Below are positions 1 through 9,155 of a DNA stretch of 64,000 nucleotides, one piece after another. The translations under genes were made by a program, and so were the position numbers. The number at the start of each line of letters is the position of its first letter. Position 1 is the stretch's first letter. The stretch is from an uncultured Actinomycetes bacterium (GTDB lineage: Bacteria > Actinomycetota > Actinomycetes > S36-B12 > UBA10799), in NCBI GenBank assembly GCA_964547485.1, contig CAZJNU010000007.1:535-64534 (forward strand). Direction: 5' to 3'. Under the pieces are notes generated by a model. The model was not told where the DNA came from. It saw only the letters and a list, made by a program, of their open reading frames with translations, and did not search any database.

Positions 1-849
1 CAGGAACCGCCAGATGGCGTCCGCGGTCGCACCATCATTGCCCAGGAACGGCTGCCGACTCGCACTGAACCAGGCGAACAGGCCCACCGCGATGACCAGA
101 CCCAGCCACAGCCAGCGGAACCGGACCAGCGCAGCCCGATAGCCCAACGCTACCGGTCGACCGACCGGTAGCGAAGCCACGACAACGAAGATCAGCACGG
201 GTAGCAGAAGTCCCTTGGTTCCGGACAGGAAGGCTGCAGCAACCGCAACCAACATGAACAGCCAGTCGCGGGCGATACCGGTTTCCATCGCCCGGACGCA
301 GAAGTACAGCGCAACGCCCGCAGCCAACAGCAGCGGCGCCGCATAGATCGCGACCGACCACCAGGTGATCAATTCCACCGTGAAAAGGGACAGCCCAGCG
401 AAGGCAGCCAGGAACACCCCCAGCCAGCGCGGGCCGCTGAGCCGTTCGGAAATCGCCGCGCAGCTGATCTGGAAACCGGCCATGCAGGCGGCCGAAAAGA
501 GCACGAGGGCAAGGTAGGAGTCAGGAAACAGCCGCTGCAGCAGCCACTGGACGGCCGATCCGATGGGGTTCAGGTGTCCGTTGTGCCCGGCAAAGAGGTA
601 GTCGACACTCAACGGCTGGGTCGCGGCGTTGCGCAACAGGAAGTCGTCACCGACGAAGTACCCGCGTTGGCCGAACCACACCCGGAACAGGAACGTGGCC
701 GCGATCACCGCGCCGGCCAACAGCCAGAAACGACCGCGGCTCAGAGTGCCAGTCCGTAGAGCGGGCAACGAAGCGGCTGCCGACTCGACGTCTTCGGCTT
801 CGCCCAGCACCGCCTCGTCGGTCGTGTCAGCGGTCACGGCCGCGAGCAT
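1..849 (-). CDS. polytopic membrane protein, putative GT-C-type glycosyltransferase (N-terminal part only; 3' end lies beyond the window edge)
   Basis: Own minus-strand translation; absent from the ORF track because no stop lies in the window. ATG at 849-847 gives MLAAVTADTTDEAVLGEAEDVESAAASLPALRTGTLSRGRFWLLAGAVIAATFLFRVWFGQRGYFVGDDFLLRNAATQ... The frame stays open to position 1 through repeated hydrophobic helices. The GDD motif just after TM1 recalls the DDG loop of the Emb-like proteins. Alternative GTG starts at 837 and 810. Confidence 0.5.
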   Translation of the reverse strand, partial: MLAAVTADTTDEAVLGEAEDVESAAASLPALRTGTLSRGRFWLLAGAVIAATFLFRVWFGQRGYFVGDDFLLRNAATQPLSVDYLFAGHNGHLNPIGSAVQWLLQRLFPDSYLALVLFSAACMAGFQISCAAISERLSGPRWLGVFLAAFAGLSLFTVELITWWSVAIYAAPLLLAAGVALYFCVRAMETGIARDWLFMLVAVAAAFLSGTKGLLLPVLIFVVVASLPVGRPVALGYRAALVRFRWLWLGLVIAVGLFAWFSASRQPFLGNDGATADAIWRFL

Positions 850-1795
850 ACCCGTCCTGCTCGCTTGCGGACCGACGGGCGAGATGCCACCGAGCCTGCC
901 GCCGCAATCCATCCTCAGCCGACACCGAAGGTCGCCAGCCGAGCACCGCAGCGGCATGTTCAGCAATACCGGCAGTGACCCGCTGATCACCAGTTTGCGC
1001 AGGGGCCCAGTTGATCCGGGGTTCCGCCCCCAACTCGTCAGCGAGGACAGCCAGCGCGGTCAACAACTCGATCCGCTCGCCGCCCGCAATATTCATTACC
1101 TCACCTGGCAGGCCACGGTCCAACGCCGCCAGCGTCGCGGCGGCGACATCGTCGACGAAAGTATTGCTGCGCGACTGCCGACCGTCGCCGAACACTGTCA
1201 GGGTCTGGCCGTCCAGCATGGCCTCGCAGAAGAGGTGATAGGCCATGTCTGGACGCTGTCCGGGACCGTAGACCGAGAAGTAGCGCAGCACAACAGCATC
1301 CAGTTCGTATTCCCGCACATAGGCAGCCACGAGGTGTTCGGCAGCGGCCTTGGTCACGCCGTAGGGCGATACCGGCCGAATCGGCAGCGACTCATCCCCC
1401 ACTGCTTCCCGGCCGTAGACACTCGAAGTCGACACCTGCACCAACCGCGTGCCTGCGTCGGCGCAGGCGGCCGCCAGCCGCTGCACGACGTTGATGTTGC
1501 AGGAACTGTAGAGCGGGAAATCCGACCAGCTGACTGCCTGCCCCGGCATCGCAGCTTCATTGATGACCACATCGGCCCGCCCGATGAGCCCCACGATTTC
1601 GCACTCTCGAAGGTCGGCCTGCAGGCACTCGAGGCCGGTGGCCGCCAGTTCGTCGAACCGCTGGCGCTTAACCGCTGCTGGGTATGGGCCACCCAGTAGC
1701 GCGTCCACCGCGACGACGTCATGACCCTCGGCGGCCGCCCTCAGTGCGACGGTCGAGCCGATGAAGCCGGCGGCGCCGGTGACCACGATCCGCAT
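827..1795 (-). CDS. NAD-dependent epimerase/dehydratase (extended SDR, UDP-sugar 4-epimerase family)
   Basis: 322-aa ORF with Rossmann motif MRIVVTGAAGFIGS at the N-terminus and a catalytic YxxxK (SPYGVTKAAAE). ATG at 1795-1793. Confidence 0.9.
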   Translation of the reverse strand: MRIVVTGAAGFIGSTVALRAAAEGHDVVAVDALLGGPYPAAVKRQRFDELAATGLECLQADLRECEIVGLIGRADVVINEAAMPGQAVSWSDFPLYSSCNINVVQRLAAACADAGTRLVQVSTSSVYGREAVGDESLPIRPVSPYGVTKAAAEHLVAAYVREYELDAVVLRYFSVYGPGQRPDMAYHLFCEAMLDGQTLTVFGDGRQSRSNTFVDDVAAATLAALDRGLPGEVMNIAGGERIELLTALAVLADELGAEPRINWAPAQTGDQRVTAGIAEHAAAVLGWRPSVSAEDGLRRQARWHLARRSASEQDGYARGRDR

Positions 1796-1868
1796 GTGCG
1801 TACCTTAGGGGGTTGGTTCCGCGGGCCGGGCCGGCTGGCACGACGGCAGGGCGCCGGCTCCGCAGCGG

Positions 1869-1910
1869 TCAGGGTTTCCGGGCGATCAGGGTTTGCGGGC
1901 GATCAGGGTT
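1869..1910. repeat. 17-bp tandem duplication (2 copies plus an 8-nt partial) spanning the stop codon of the 1886-2935 gene
   Basis: tcagggtttccgggcga (1869-1885) and tcagggtttgcgggcga (1886-1902) differ at one base. They are followed by tcagggtt (1903-1910). The middle copy encodes the C-terminal IARKP plus stop on the minus strand. Confidence 0.8.
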
Positions 1911-2935
1911 ATCCCGGAGCCACACTCGTACAGTCGCTCGATCTCAAGGCCATCCTGCTCACACCAGGACCGGACCTCGTCGGGGGTGTGCCGATGTGCG
2001 TCGGTCGGGTGGTACCAGTCGAAATTGGTGATGACATTGGAGTCCCAGTCCATCGACTCGTTCCAGTAGGCCTTCATCATGTGGTAGTAGATGAACCGCT
2101 GGACATCGTAGGTTCCGGCCTTCATCTCCAACAGCGGAATGTCGACCGGCAGCGTGAACTCTGCCTTGAGTTCGGCTAGCGCTCTGCCTAACTCGGTGAT
2201 CTGGGTACTGACCGCCAGGCACTCCGCCGGCGACATAGAAGTCGTGGTGGCACGGATGAAGTCGTCGGTGAACTCTCGGATCGGGGCCTTCACCTTGTAG
2301 ACGTAGGTGGCGAGCCGGCCGCCCGGCTTCAGCACCGACACCAGCGATCGGAAGGCCTGGTGCGTGTCCGGGGTATGGTGCAGCGCTTGATCACAGGCGA
2401 CCAGGTCGAAGTGGTCAGCTGGAAAGGGGAGCCTCGTCATATCGGCCTGCACGAAGTCGAGGTTCGGGATCTGCCACAGATCTCGGTAGGCGTTCCGGAT
2501 GCCGTAGGAGAAGTCGAGCCCGATCACCTGCGCGGAACTGTTCTCCGCGTACAGCTGCGCGTCCCGGCCATGACCGGTGCCGCAGTCCAAGATCAGTTGG
2601 TCGTCCGCCAGGAATTGCGCCACCTCACCGACGTCGGCGAAGCCGTACCGCTCCAGATACCAGTTCCGGTAGTGGTCAAGGGTGGCCTGCCGATAGTCCG
2701 GCGCCAATTTCCACTTGGTTGAGAAGCTGTCCTGAGTGGCGCGCTGGTCGGGGCCCATCTGCTCCCCAGACACCAGGTCGGGCACTCCGTCGATGATCGG
2801 GAAAACCTCCCGCGACGCCGTGGACAGGCTGCCCAGCAACACCTCGCCACCGAACTCGTCCTCCACCTCGAGCACCATCGGCTCCCCGGATTCAGGTGAC
2901 CTCAGGTGCTCAACCAGACTGTGTTTCAACGACAT
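1886..2935 (-). CDS. class I SAM-dependent methyltransferase
   Basis: 349-aa ORF with motif I LILDCGTGHGRDA, acidic post-I residue (VIGLDFS) and LKPGGRLATYV. A short N-terminal extension resembles a Trm112-like module but lacks the cysteines. The start overlaps the upstream asnB-like stop by 26 nt. Confidence 0.8.
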   Translation of the reverse strand: MSLKHSLVEHLRSPESGEPMVLEVEDEFGGEVLLGSLSTASREVFPIIDGVPDLVSGEQMGPDQRATQDSFSTKWKLAPDYRQATLDHYRNWYLERYGFADVGEVAQFLADDQLILDCGTGHGRDAQLYAENSSAQVIGLDFSYGIRNAYRDLWQIPNLDFVQADMTRLPFPADHFDLVACDQALHHTPDTHQAFRSLVSVLKPGGRLATYVYKVKAPIREFTDDFIRATTTSMSPAECLAVSTQITELGRALAELKAEFTLPVDIPLLEMKAGTYDVQRFIYYHMMKAYWNESMDWDSNVITNFDWYHPTDAHRHTPDEVRSWCEQDGLEIERLYECGSGITLIARKP

Positions 2936-4583
2936 CTCCTGTCTGTGTTCCGGTAGGTAGCGTGAGTTGACGCAGGCATTCGCCGATCAGCAGATCGTTC
3001 CAGGCCCGCCGGTCCAGATCCCGGGCATTGAACACCCACTCATTCACCGGCGCCGGCAGACCATGTTTGACCTGCCGCCGGAGCACGCCGAGGTCGGCTT
3101 CCCCGAGCGACCTCTTCAGCGCCCTGCGCACGATCACCTTGCCGCGACCATTAGCGAACCGCAGCTCTGGTGCCAGCCTGGCCGAGAACTCCACCAGCCG
3201 ATGGTCGAGGAACGGATTGCGAACTTCCAGGCTGTTGGCCATGCTCATCCGGTCGGCCATGGTGAGCAACGGCTGCATGAAGATCTGGGTCTCAACTGCC
3301 GCCAGGTTGTGGGCCAGCGGCACCCCCGCGTCCCACAACGGCGAAATCACGGCCCGCAGGATCTCCTCATCCTCGCGACCATGCCGCGACGCCATCCGGA
3401 CGAATCGATCCAAACCGGTACCGAAATACCGATTGGCGAGCGAACTGTACTGGCTGCTGATGCTCGAGGCGATCCATTCATCTTCGCCGAGCAGGATCTC
3501 GTTTCGGTAGTAGCCGTTGAACAGTTCATCTGCGCCCTCGCCCGACAACACCACTTCGAATCCCGCTGCGCGGGCGGCTCGGCTGAGGCAAAACAGTGGG
3601 TAGATGGAGAAGCTTCCGACCGGAAACTCGATATGCCTGGCGAGTCGTGGCAGGACAGCTGCGAAGTCCTCCCGATCGGGTCTTACGACATGGTTCCGGA
3701 AACCCAACTCATCGGCGAGTTCAGCGGTCAGCGTCTCCTCGTCCAGGAAGCTGCGGAACTCTTCGAACTGCACGGTGAAACTGTCCGACAGCCGCATCAC
3801 CGACTGCACCAGGGAACTGTCAACGCCACCGGACAGGAAGACAGCCACCGGCACATCCGCGTGCCGTCGAAGTTCACACGACTGCGCGAAGATCTGCAGG
3901 AACTCATCGACCGCGTCGTCGAGGTCGACGAGGTCACCGACGTAGGCCGGAAAGTTCCACCATCGTGCCGATTCGGTCTCGCGACCGACGGAATCCCAGT
4001 AGAGCCACTCACCCGGTCGCAGGCTGTGCACTCCACGGAAGGGCGTGTGGGAGTCGAAGTAGAACTCCAACGCGTCACACACCTCCACCGGGGAGTAGGT
4101 CAGGTCGGCGAAGACCTTGAGTTCCGAACCGAACGCGAAACCATCGCCGTCGGTCCGGTAGAACAGCGGTTTCTTGCCGAGTCGGTCCCGTGCCAGGAAG
4201 AACCCCCGGCCGTCCCAGATGGCCAGCGCAAACATGCCGTTGAACCGCGGCAGGCAGTCCTTCCCCCACTCGCGGTACGCGGCCAACACCACCTCGGTGT
4301 CGGTGGAAGTGCTGAACACATGACCCAGTTCGACCAGCTCCCGCCGCAGCTGACGCCAGTTGTAGATCTCGCCGTTGAAGGCGATGGCGGCCGATTCGGC
4401 CTCCCACGGCACCGGCATCGGAGCGGTATCCACAATGCTCAGCCGCGTCATCCCCAGCAGTAGGTTTTCTCCCGCAGGGGTCTCAACCATTCTGCTGCCG
4501 ACCTGATCAGGCCCCCGGTGGGTGAGTGCTGCCAGCGGATTCGAGGTGAGCAGGTGCGGGCTACCCCCGACTATCCCGCACAT
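2910..4583 (-). CDS. asparagine synthase B-type glutamine amidotransferase (polysaccharide amidotransferase candidate)
   Basis: The track ORF starts at 4646. Class II amidotransferases need Cys as the first residue after Met removal, and the internal ATG at 4583-4581 gives MCGIVGG. The GATase-2 segment NGEIYN and the PP-loop FLSGGVDSS of the synthetase domain are present. Confidence 0.85.
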   Translation of the reverse strand: MCGIVGGSPHLLTSNPLAALTHRGPDQVGSRMVETPAGENLLLGMTRLSIVDTAPMPVPWEAESAAIAFNGEIYNWRQLRRELVELGHVFSTSTDTEVVLAAYREWGKDCLPRFNGMFALAIWDGRGFFLARDRLGKKPLFYRTDGDGFAFGSELKVFADLTYSPVEVCDALEFYFDSHTPFRGVHSLRPGEWLYWDSVGRETESARWWNFPAYVGDLVDLDDAVDEFLQIFAQSCELRRHADVPVAVFLSGGVDSSLVQSVMRLSDSFTVQFEEFRSFLDEETLTAELADELGFRNHVVRPDREDFAAVLPRLARHIEFPVGSFSIYPLFCLSRAARAAGFEVVLSGEGADELFNGYYRNEILLGEDEWIASSISSQYSSLANRYFGTGLDRFVRMASRHGREDEEILRAVISPLWDAGVPLAHNLAAVETQIFMQPLLTMADRMSMANSLEVRNPFLDHRLVEFSARLAPELRFANGRGKVIVRRALKRSLGEADLGVLRRQVKHGLPAPVNEWVFNARDLDRRAWNDLLIGECLRQLTLPTGTQTGDVVETQSG

Positions 4584-4657
4584 CGCTGACCTCTCTTCGC
4601 GTCCCGGCCCAGCGGCGGCACCGATACAGTGCTGGGGGCCTACCAACCGTACGACAA

Positions 4658-6835
4658 GTGGAGGGACATCGGGTCGTGGCAGCGAAAGTGGACGTGTCGG
4701 TGGTGGTCCCCTGCCTGAACGAGGAGGCCAACCTGCCGCCGCTGGCGTCGCGGCTGTTCGCTGCGCTGGCTCGGGCGGGTGTCAGTTGCGAGTTGGTGCC
4801 GGTGGACGACGGCAGCACCGACACCACCTGGGACGTGATCCAGACCCTCAGTCGCGCCCATCCGGACGCGATCACCGGCGTCCGGCATGACACCAACCTT
4901 GGGATCCCGGCCGCGTGGCGCAGCGGGATCGCGGCGGCCCGCGGCACTTATGTCTGCCTGATCGATGCCGATCTGCAGAACCCGCCGGAGCAGGTGGTGA
5001 CGCTCTACCGTCGGTTGCTGGAGTCCCGAGCCGACATCTGCCAGGGGGTCCGCTCGCAGATCGAACGAGAGAAGGACGGTCGACTCGCCTTCTCGAAGGG
5101 CCTCAACACCGTCCTGAACGTCGCTTTCGGGGATCGGGCCGCGGACTCAAAGTCGGGCTTTGTGCTCGGACCACGGCGGGTGATGGCGGACGTTGTCGAC
5201 TACCGGGGGGACTACCAGGTCTTCCAGGCCTTCATCCGCGTCGCGGCCCGGGCCAAGGGTTACACGATGGTGGAGGTCGAAACGCTGTTCCTGCCGCGTA
5301 ACGCCGGGGAGTCCTTCCTGGCCGGGTCGCGCGCGTGGAAGGTGTCGGCTGCGACCCTGACCGACTTCCCGACCGCCCTGCGGGAATTCGGCCGGGGACG
5401 CCGCGAGCCGATCGACGGTACGCTGGCCCCCCGATCCCGGCCGGTGCCGCGCGCCGGAACGCCCTACCGAGGTTGGCGACGGGCGCTGTTCGAGGCGTAC
5501 TTCGCCAGTGCACCGATCCACCATCGGCTGGCCCGGCGCCGGGTTCGCTCGCTCTACCTGGAACTCCGCGAGACGCAGTGGCTTCCGCGGCAGGAGTTGG
5601 CGGACCTGCAGTTGCGCAAGTTGCAGCGCCTCGTCCAACACGCGGCGGTCCACGTGCCCTACTACCGTGAGGCCCTCGCCGGAATCGGCCCGGACCCGAT
5701 CGCCGGCCTCGAGGATCTGCGTCGACTTCCGCAGTTGACCAAAGATGATATTCGCGAGCGCCTCTACTTCGACCTGTTCGCCGACACCCACCGAACTCGG
5801 GACATGGTCAAGATGACCACCAGCGGTGCCACCGGTGAGCCCCTCGTGACCTATGTCGACAGGTACCAACTGGAGGTCCGGCTCGCGGTTGCCCTGCGCG
5901 CCGCAGAGTGGTCCGGTTGGCGGTTTGGGGATCGACAACTGCGCATCAGTGATGACTCCGTCGGAATGACGAATTGGCAGCGAATGCGCGCGGGACTGGA
6001 CAATCTGCTGCTCCGACGAGACGAGTTCACCACGGCCGAAGTGGACGACGAGGGGTTGGCCACCATCCTGGACAGCCTCGAGCAGGGCCCACCGTCCCTG
6101 ATCGACGGAAGCGGTGGCACGTTGGATCAGATAGCGACCAGGGCGGCGGCCCATCCCGACCGATACCGCGCCCGCGGCATCATCTCGCGGGCTGCCGACA
6201 TCTCCGCTGAAACCCGGGAACTGGCGGGAAAGGCGCTGCAAGCGCCCGTCCATGACTCCTACGGCACCCGAGAGATCGGCGATATCGCCTTCGGATGTGA
6301 AGCCATGGACGCCGGTGAAGTGCACCATGTGATGGACGAGTCCGTGATCGTGGAGATCCTCGTCGACGGCCGCCCGGCCGAACCTGGCGAAACCGGCGAA
6401 ATAGTGGTGACCGATTTGAACAACTTCTCGGTGCCACTGATCCGTTACCGGGTCGGAGATCTGGCGACCGCGGTGGACGAGTCGCGACCGTGCAGCTGCG
6501 GGCGTGGTCTGAGCCGGATCGGCCGGATCGAGGGGCGCACCCAAGCGAGCGTCCAACTCGCCGACGGAAGCTGGTTGCCGGCGTCGTTCTTCGCACACTT
6601 CTTCCAGGACTACGACTTCCTGGTGCGCCAGTTCCAGGTGTCCCAGGACCAACCTGGACAGTTGCTGCTGCAGATCGTCAAGGGTCCGCAGTGGAGTTTG
6701 GTGGCCGAGGCCGAGGTGCTGACCGAACTTGGCGGGATCGTCTCGGGGACGCCGATAGCGGTGCTGCACGTCGACGCGATCCCGCTCGAGCGGCCCGGTG
6801 ACGACCACAACCTGCGCCCTGGAACGCAACCGTGA
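4658..6835 (+). CDS. fusion protein: N-terminal GT2 (Dpm1-like polyprenyl-phosphate glycosyltransferase) + C-terminal PaaK/CapK/F390-synthetase-like adenylate-forming domain
   Basis: 725 aa with a GTG start. The GT2 part has VSVVVPCLNEEANL, VPVDDGSTD and IDADLQNPPE (DxD). The C-terminal part has LRKLQRLVQHAAVHVPYYRE, MTTSGATGEPL and VVTDLNNFSVPLIRYRVGD, as in phenylacetate-CoA ligase-like enzymes. Confidence 0.8.
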   Translation: MEGHRVVAAKVDVSVVVPCLNEEANLPPLASRLFAALARAGVSCELVPVDDGSTDTTWDVIQTLSRAHPDAITGVRHDTNLGIPAAWRSGIAAARGTYVCLIDADLQNPPEQVVTLYRRLLESRADICQGVRSQIEREKDGRLAFSKGLNTVLNVAFGDRAADSKSGFVLGPRRVMADVVDYRGDYQVFQAFIRVAARAKGYTMVEVETLFLPRNAGESFLAGSRAWKVSAATLTDFPTALREFGRGRREPIDGTLAPRSRPVPRAGTPYRGWRRALFEAYFASAPIHHRLARRRVRSLYLELRETQWLPRQELADLQLRKLQRLVQHAAVHVPYYREALAGIGPDPIAGLEDLRRLPQLTKDDIRERLYFDLFADTHRTRDMVKMTTSGATGEPLVTYVDRYQLEVRLAVALRAAEWSGWRFGDRQLRISDDSVGMTNWQRMRAGLDNLLLRRDEFTTAEVDDEGLATILDSLEQGPPSLIDGSGGTLDQIATRAAAHPDRYRARGIISRAADISAETRELAGKALQAPVHDSYGTREIGDIAFGCEAMDAGEVHHVMDESVIVEILVDGRPAEPGETGEIVVTDLNNFSVPLIRYRVGDLATAVDESRPCSCGRGLSRIGRIEGRTQASVQLADGSWLPASFFAHFFQDYDFLVRQFQVSQDQPGQLLLQIVKGPQWSLVAEAEVLTELGGIVSGTPIAVLHVDAIPLERPGDDHNLRPGTQP

Positions 6836-7632
6836 CCGACGCCAAGTTCTCCCGTTACCACTCCTGGCAGCAACGACTGCGCGGCCGGTTGACCAGTGGC
6901 CCGAGGCTTGCCCCCGACTCCCCGGCGGTGGCGATTCGGGAGGCGGTACTGGCCGATCCCTACCTCGCCAGCGCCTACAGCGAGATGTACGGCGGCCTCC
7001 GCGGGATCATTCCGCCGGCAATCTCGGGTCCAATCGTGGAACTCGGGGCCGGGGCGGATATGGGCCGAGCCTGGATTCCTACGATGTTGACCACCGACGT
7101 GTTGGCCAACGAATCCCTCGACGCTGTGCTGAGCGCGGCCGCCATGCCCTTCCGCGACGCCGCAATTGGAGCATTCGTCGTCAACGACGCCCTGCACCAC
7201 TTCCCCGATGTGGACGGATTCCTGGACGAGGCGGTTCGCTGTCTGGAAGTGGGTGGCGCCATCGTTGCCTGTGAGCCCTACTGGGGCCCGCTCTCGGCGG
7301 CCATCTACCGCGCCTTCCACCCAGAGCCGTTCAACCGGAGAGCCCCGTCGTGGTCGTCCGGCTCAGCAGATCCCTGGGACTCCAACCAGGCGCTGCTGTG
7401 GATCATGTTGCGACGAGACCGCCGTCGACTCACCGCCCGCTGGCCAATGCTGCGGATCGAGGAATTCGGGTGCACGCTCGGCCCGAGCTACCTGCTGTCA
7501 GGCGGTGTATTCGGCAGGACGCCGATACCGGCCGACTGGCTGCTGTCGACCTGGCGCTGGGAGCAGCGGCAGGGCCGGCGGTTCGACCCACTCCGGTTCA
7601 AGTACCTGGTCAGGTTCACTAGGGTCGGGTAG
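6832..7632 (+). CDS. SAM-dependent methyltransferase (Methyltransf_11-like)
   Basis: 266 aa. The GTG start forms a GTGA overlap with the upstream stop. Motif I IVELGAGADMG, then VVNDALHHFPD and LEVGGAIVACEP. Confidence 0.7.
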   Translation: MTDAKFSRYHSWQQRLRGRLTSGPRLAPDSPAVAIREAVLADPYLASAYSEMYGGLRGIIPPAISGPIVELGAGADMGRAWIPTMLTTDVLANESLDAVLSAAAMPFRDAAIGAFVVNDALHHFPDVDGFLDEAVRCLEVGGAIVACEPYWGPLSAAIYRAFHPEPFNRRAPSWSSGSADPWDSNQALLWIMLRRDRRRLTARWPMLRIEEFGCTLGPSYLLSGGVFGRTPIPADWLLSTWRWEQRQGRRFDPLRFKYLVRFTRVG

Positions 7633-7649
7633 AACAATCGCGACTGTCT

Positions 7650-9155
7650 GTGCTGACCAGCGAGAATCGGGGCCTGGGTATGACCACGTTGACATCGGAC
7701 GCTCTGCACCGAGGTTCCCGCTTCCTCCGAGAGCACCTGGCCACCAGGGCCCGCTTCCTCTCCGCGAACAGCGCCTTCGTGGCCCGCCGCAGGCAGCGCA
7801 ACAGCTTCTTTCACGAGCAGGTGAATAGACTTGTGGCGTCCCAGACGGCCGGTGGCCGGACCATCATCGATGTCGGCTGCGCGGATGGACTCACCTTGGC
7901 GGCCTGCAATCACGAGCATCCAATCGGGATAGACGTCGACCAGGCCGCCATCGAGGAAGCCCGCAGACTCCTACCAGAGGCTGACTTCGTCGAGGCTGCG
8001 ATCGAGGATGTCGAGGCCAGCCCGGCGACCGCACCCGACCACATTGTGATGTCGTTGCTGTTGGACGAGGTGTACGACGCGGACCCAGTTCTTCGTAAGA
8101 TCCGCAGTTGGTGCGTGCCCGACACGCGGGTCGTGGTGGTGACCTACAACCGACTCTGGCGCCCCGCACTCCGCGTCGCGGAACGTCTAAGACTGAAGGT
8201 CCGCACGGACAACGAGAACTACATTCCGTGGGTGGAGTTGGAGAACCTGTTGGCGGTCACAGGTTTCGAAACCGCGAAACGACTGGACGGGATCCTGCTA
8301 CCAGTGCAGATACCGTTGGTCTCCCGGTTCACGAACAGGTGGATCGCGCCGCTGCCGGTCATCAGACAGCTGAGTATGGTCCGGGTGACGGTGGCCCGCC
8401 CCGTCACCCGGACCGTTACGCCGCCGACCTCCGTGAGCGTCGTGGTGGCGGCCCGGAACGAAGCAGGGAATATCGACCAGTTGATCGAGCGCGTGCCGAA
8501 GATGGCCGTCGACCAGGAGATCGTGTTCGTGGAAGGCGGCTCCACCGACGACACCTGGGAGGTGATCGGCGAGGCGGTAGCCAACGGACAGTCGTGGAAC
8601 GGCACCCGGCTGCGCGCGCTGCGCCAGCCGGGAACAGGGAAGGGGGACGCGGTGCGGGCCGGCTTCGATGCGGCCACCGGGGAAGTGCTGGTGATCCTCG
8701 ACGCCGACCTCTCGGTGCCGCCGGAGGAACTCCCGCGGTTCGTTGCGGCCGTGACGGAAGATGCCTGCGAGTTCGCCAACGGTTCCCGACTGGTGTACCC
8801 GATGGACAGCGAAGCCATGCGCTTCCTCAACCTGGTCGGCAACAAACTCTTCGGGAACCTCTTCACGTTTCTGCTGAGCCAACCCATCCGAGACACCTTG
8901 TGTGGCACAAAGGCTCTCCGGGCCGATGCGTACCGCCGGATCGCTGCGGGTAGATCCCAACTGGGCGAGTTCGACCCGTTCGGCGATTTCGACCTGCTAT
9001 TCGGCGCTTCCCGGCTAGGGCTTCGCATCCGCGATATCCCGGTGCACTACAAGGAGCGAACCTACGGGGCGACGAACATCTCGCGATTCAGTCATGGCGT
9101 CCTGCTGCTCCGAATGAGTCGGGTGGCAGCGCTGCGCCTGAAGTTCGTGGGATGA
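7650..9155 (+). CDS. fusion protein: N-terminal SAM methyltransferase + C-terminal GT2 glycosyltransferase
   Basis: 501 aa. The MTase part has IIDVGCADGLTLAA and DHIVMSLLLDEV. The GT2 part has VSVVVAARNEAGNI, VFVEGGSTDDT and ILDADLSVPPEE (DxD). GTG at 7650; alternative ATG at 7680. Confidence 0.8.
   Translation: MLTSENRGLGMTTLTSDALHRGSRFLREHLATRARFLSANSAFVARRRQRNSFFHEQVNRLVASQTAGGRTIIDVGCADGLTLAACNHEHPIGIDVDQAAIEEARRLLPEADFVEAAIEDVEASPATAPDHIVMSLLLDEVYDADPVLRKIRSWCVPDTRVVVVTYNRLWRPALRVAERLRLKVRTDNENYIPWVELENLLAVTGFETAKRLDGILLPVQIPLVSRFTNRWIAPLPVIRQLSMVRVTVARPVTRTVTPPTSVSVVVAARNEAGNIDQLIERVPKMAVDQEIVFVEGGSTDDTWEVIGEAVANGQSWNGTRLRALRQPGTGKGDAVRAGFDAATGEVLVILDADLSVPPEELPRFVAAVTEDACEFANGSRLVYPMDSEAMRFLNLVGNKLFGNLFTFLLSQPIRDTLCGTKALRADAYRRIAAGRSQLGEFDPFGDFDLLFGASRLGLRIRDIPVHYKERTYGATNISRFSHGVLLLRMSRVAALRLKFVG

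Noticed and set aside
2967-4463. 498-aa plus-strand ORF antisense to the asnB-like gene
   Set aside because: It lies wholly inside a gene with clear catalytic motifs on the other strand. Its composition is Arg/Pro/Gly/His-rich with no recognisable domain. This is the typical shadow ORF of high-GC DNA.
5147-6829. 560-aa minus-strand ORF antisense to the GT2-PaaK fusion gene
   Set aside because: Same reasoning: no motifs, a low-complexity Arg/Gly/Pro composition, and the opposite strand carries two well-defined domains.
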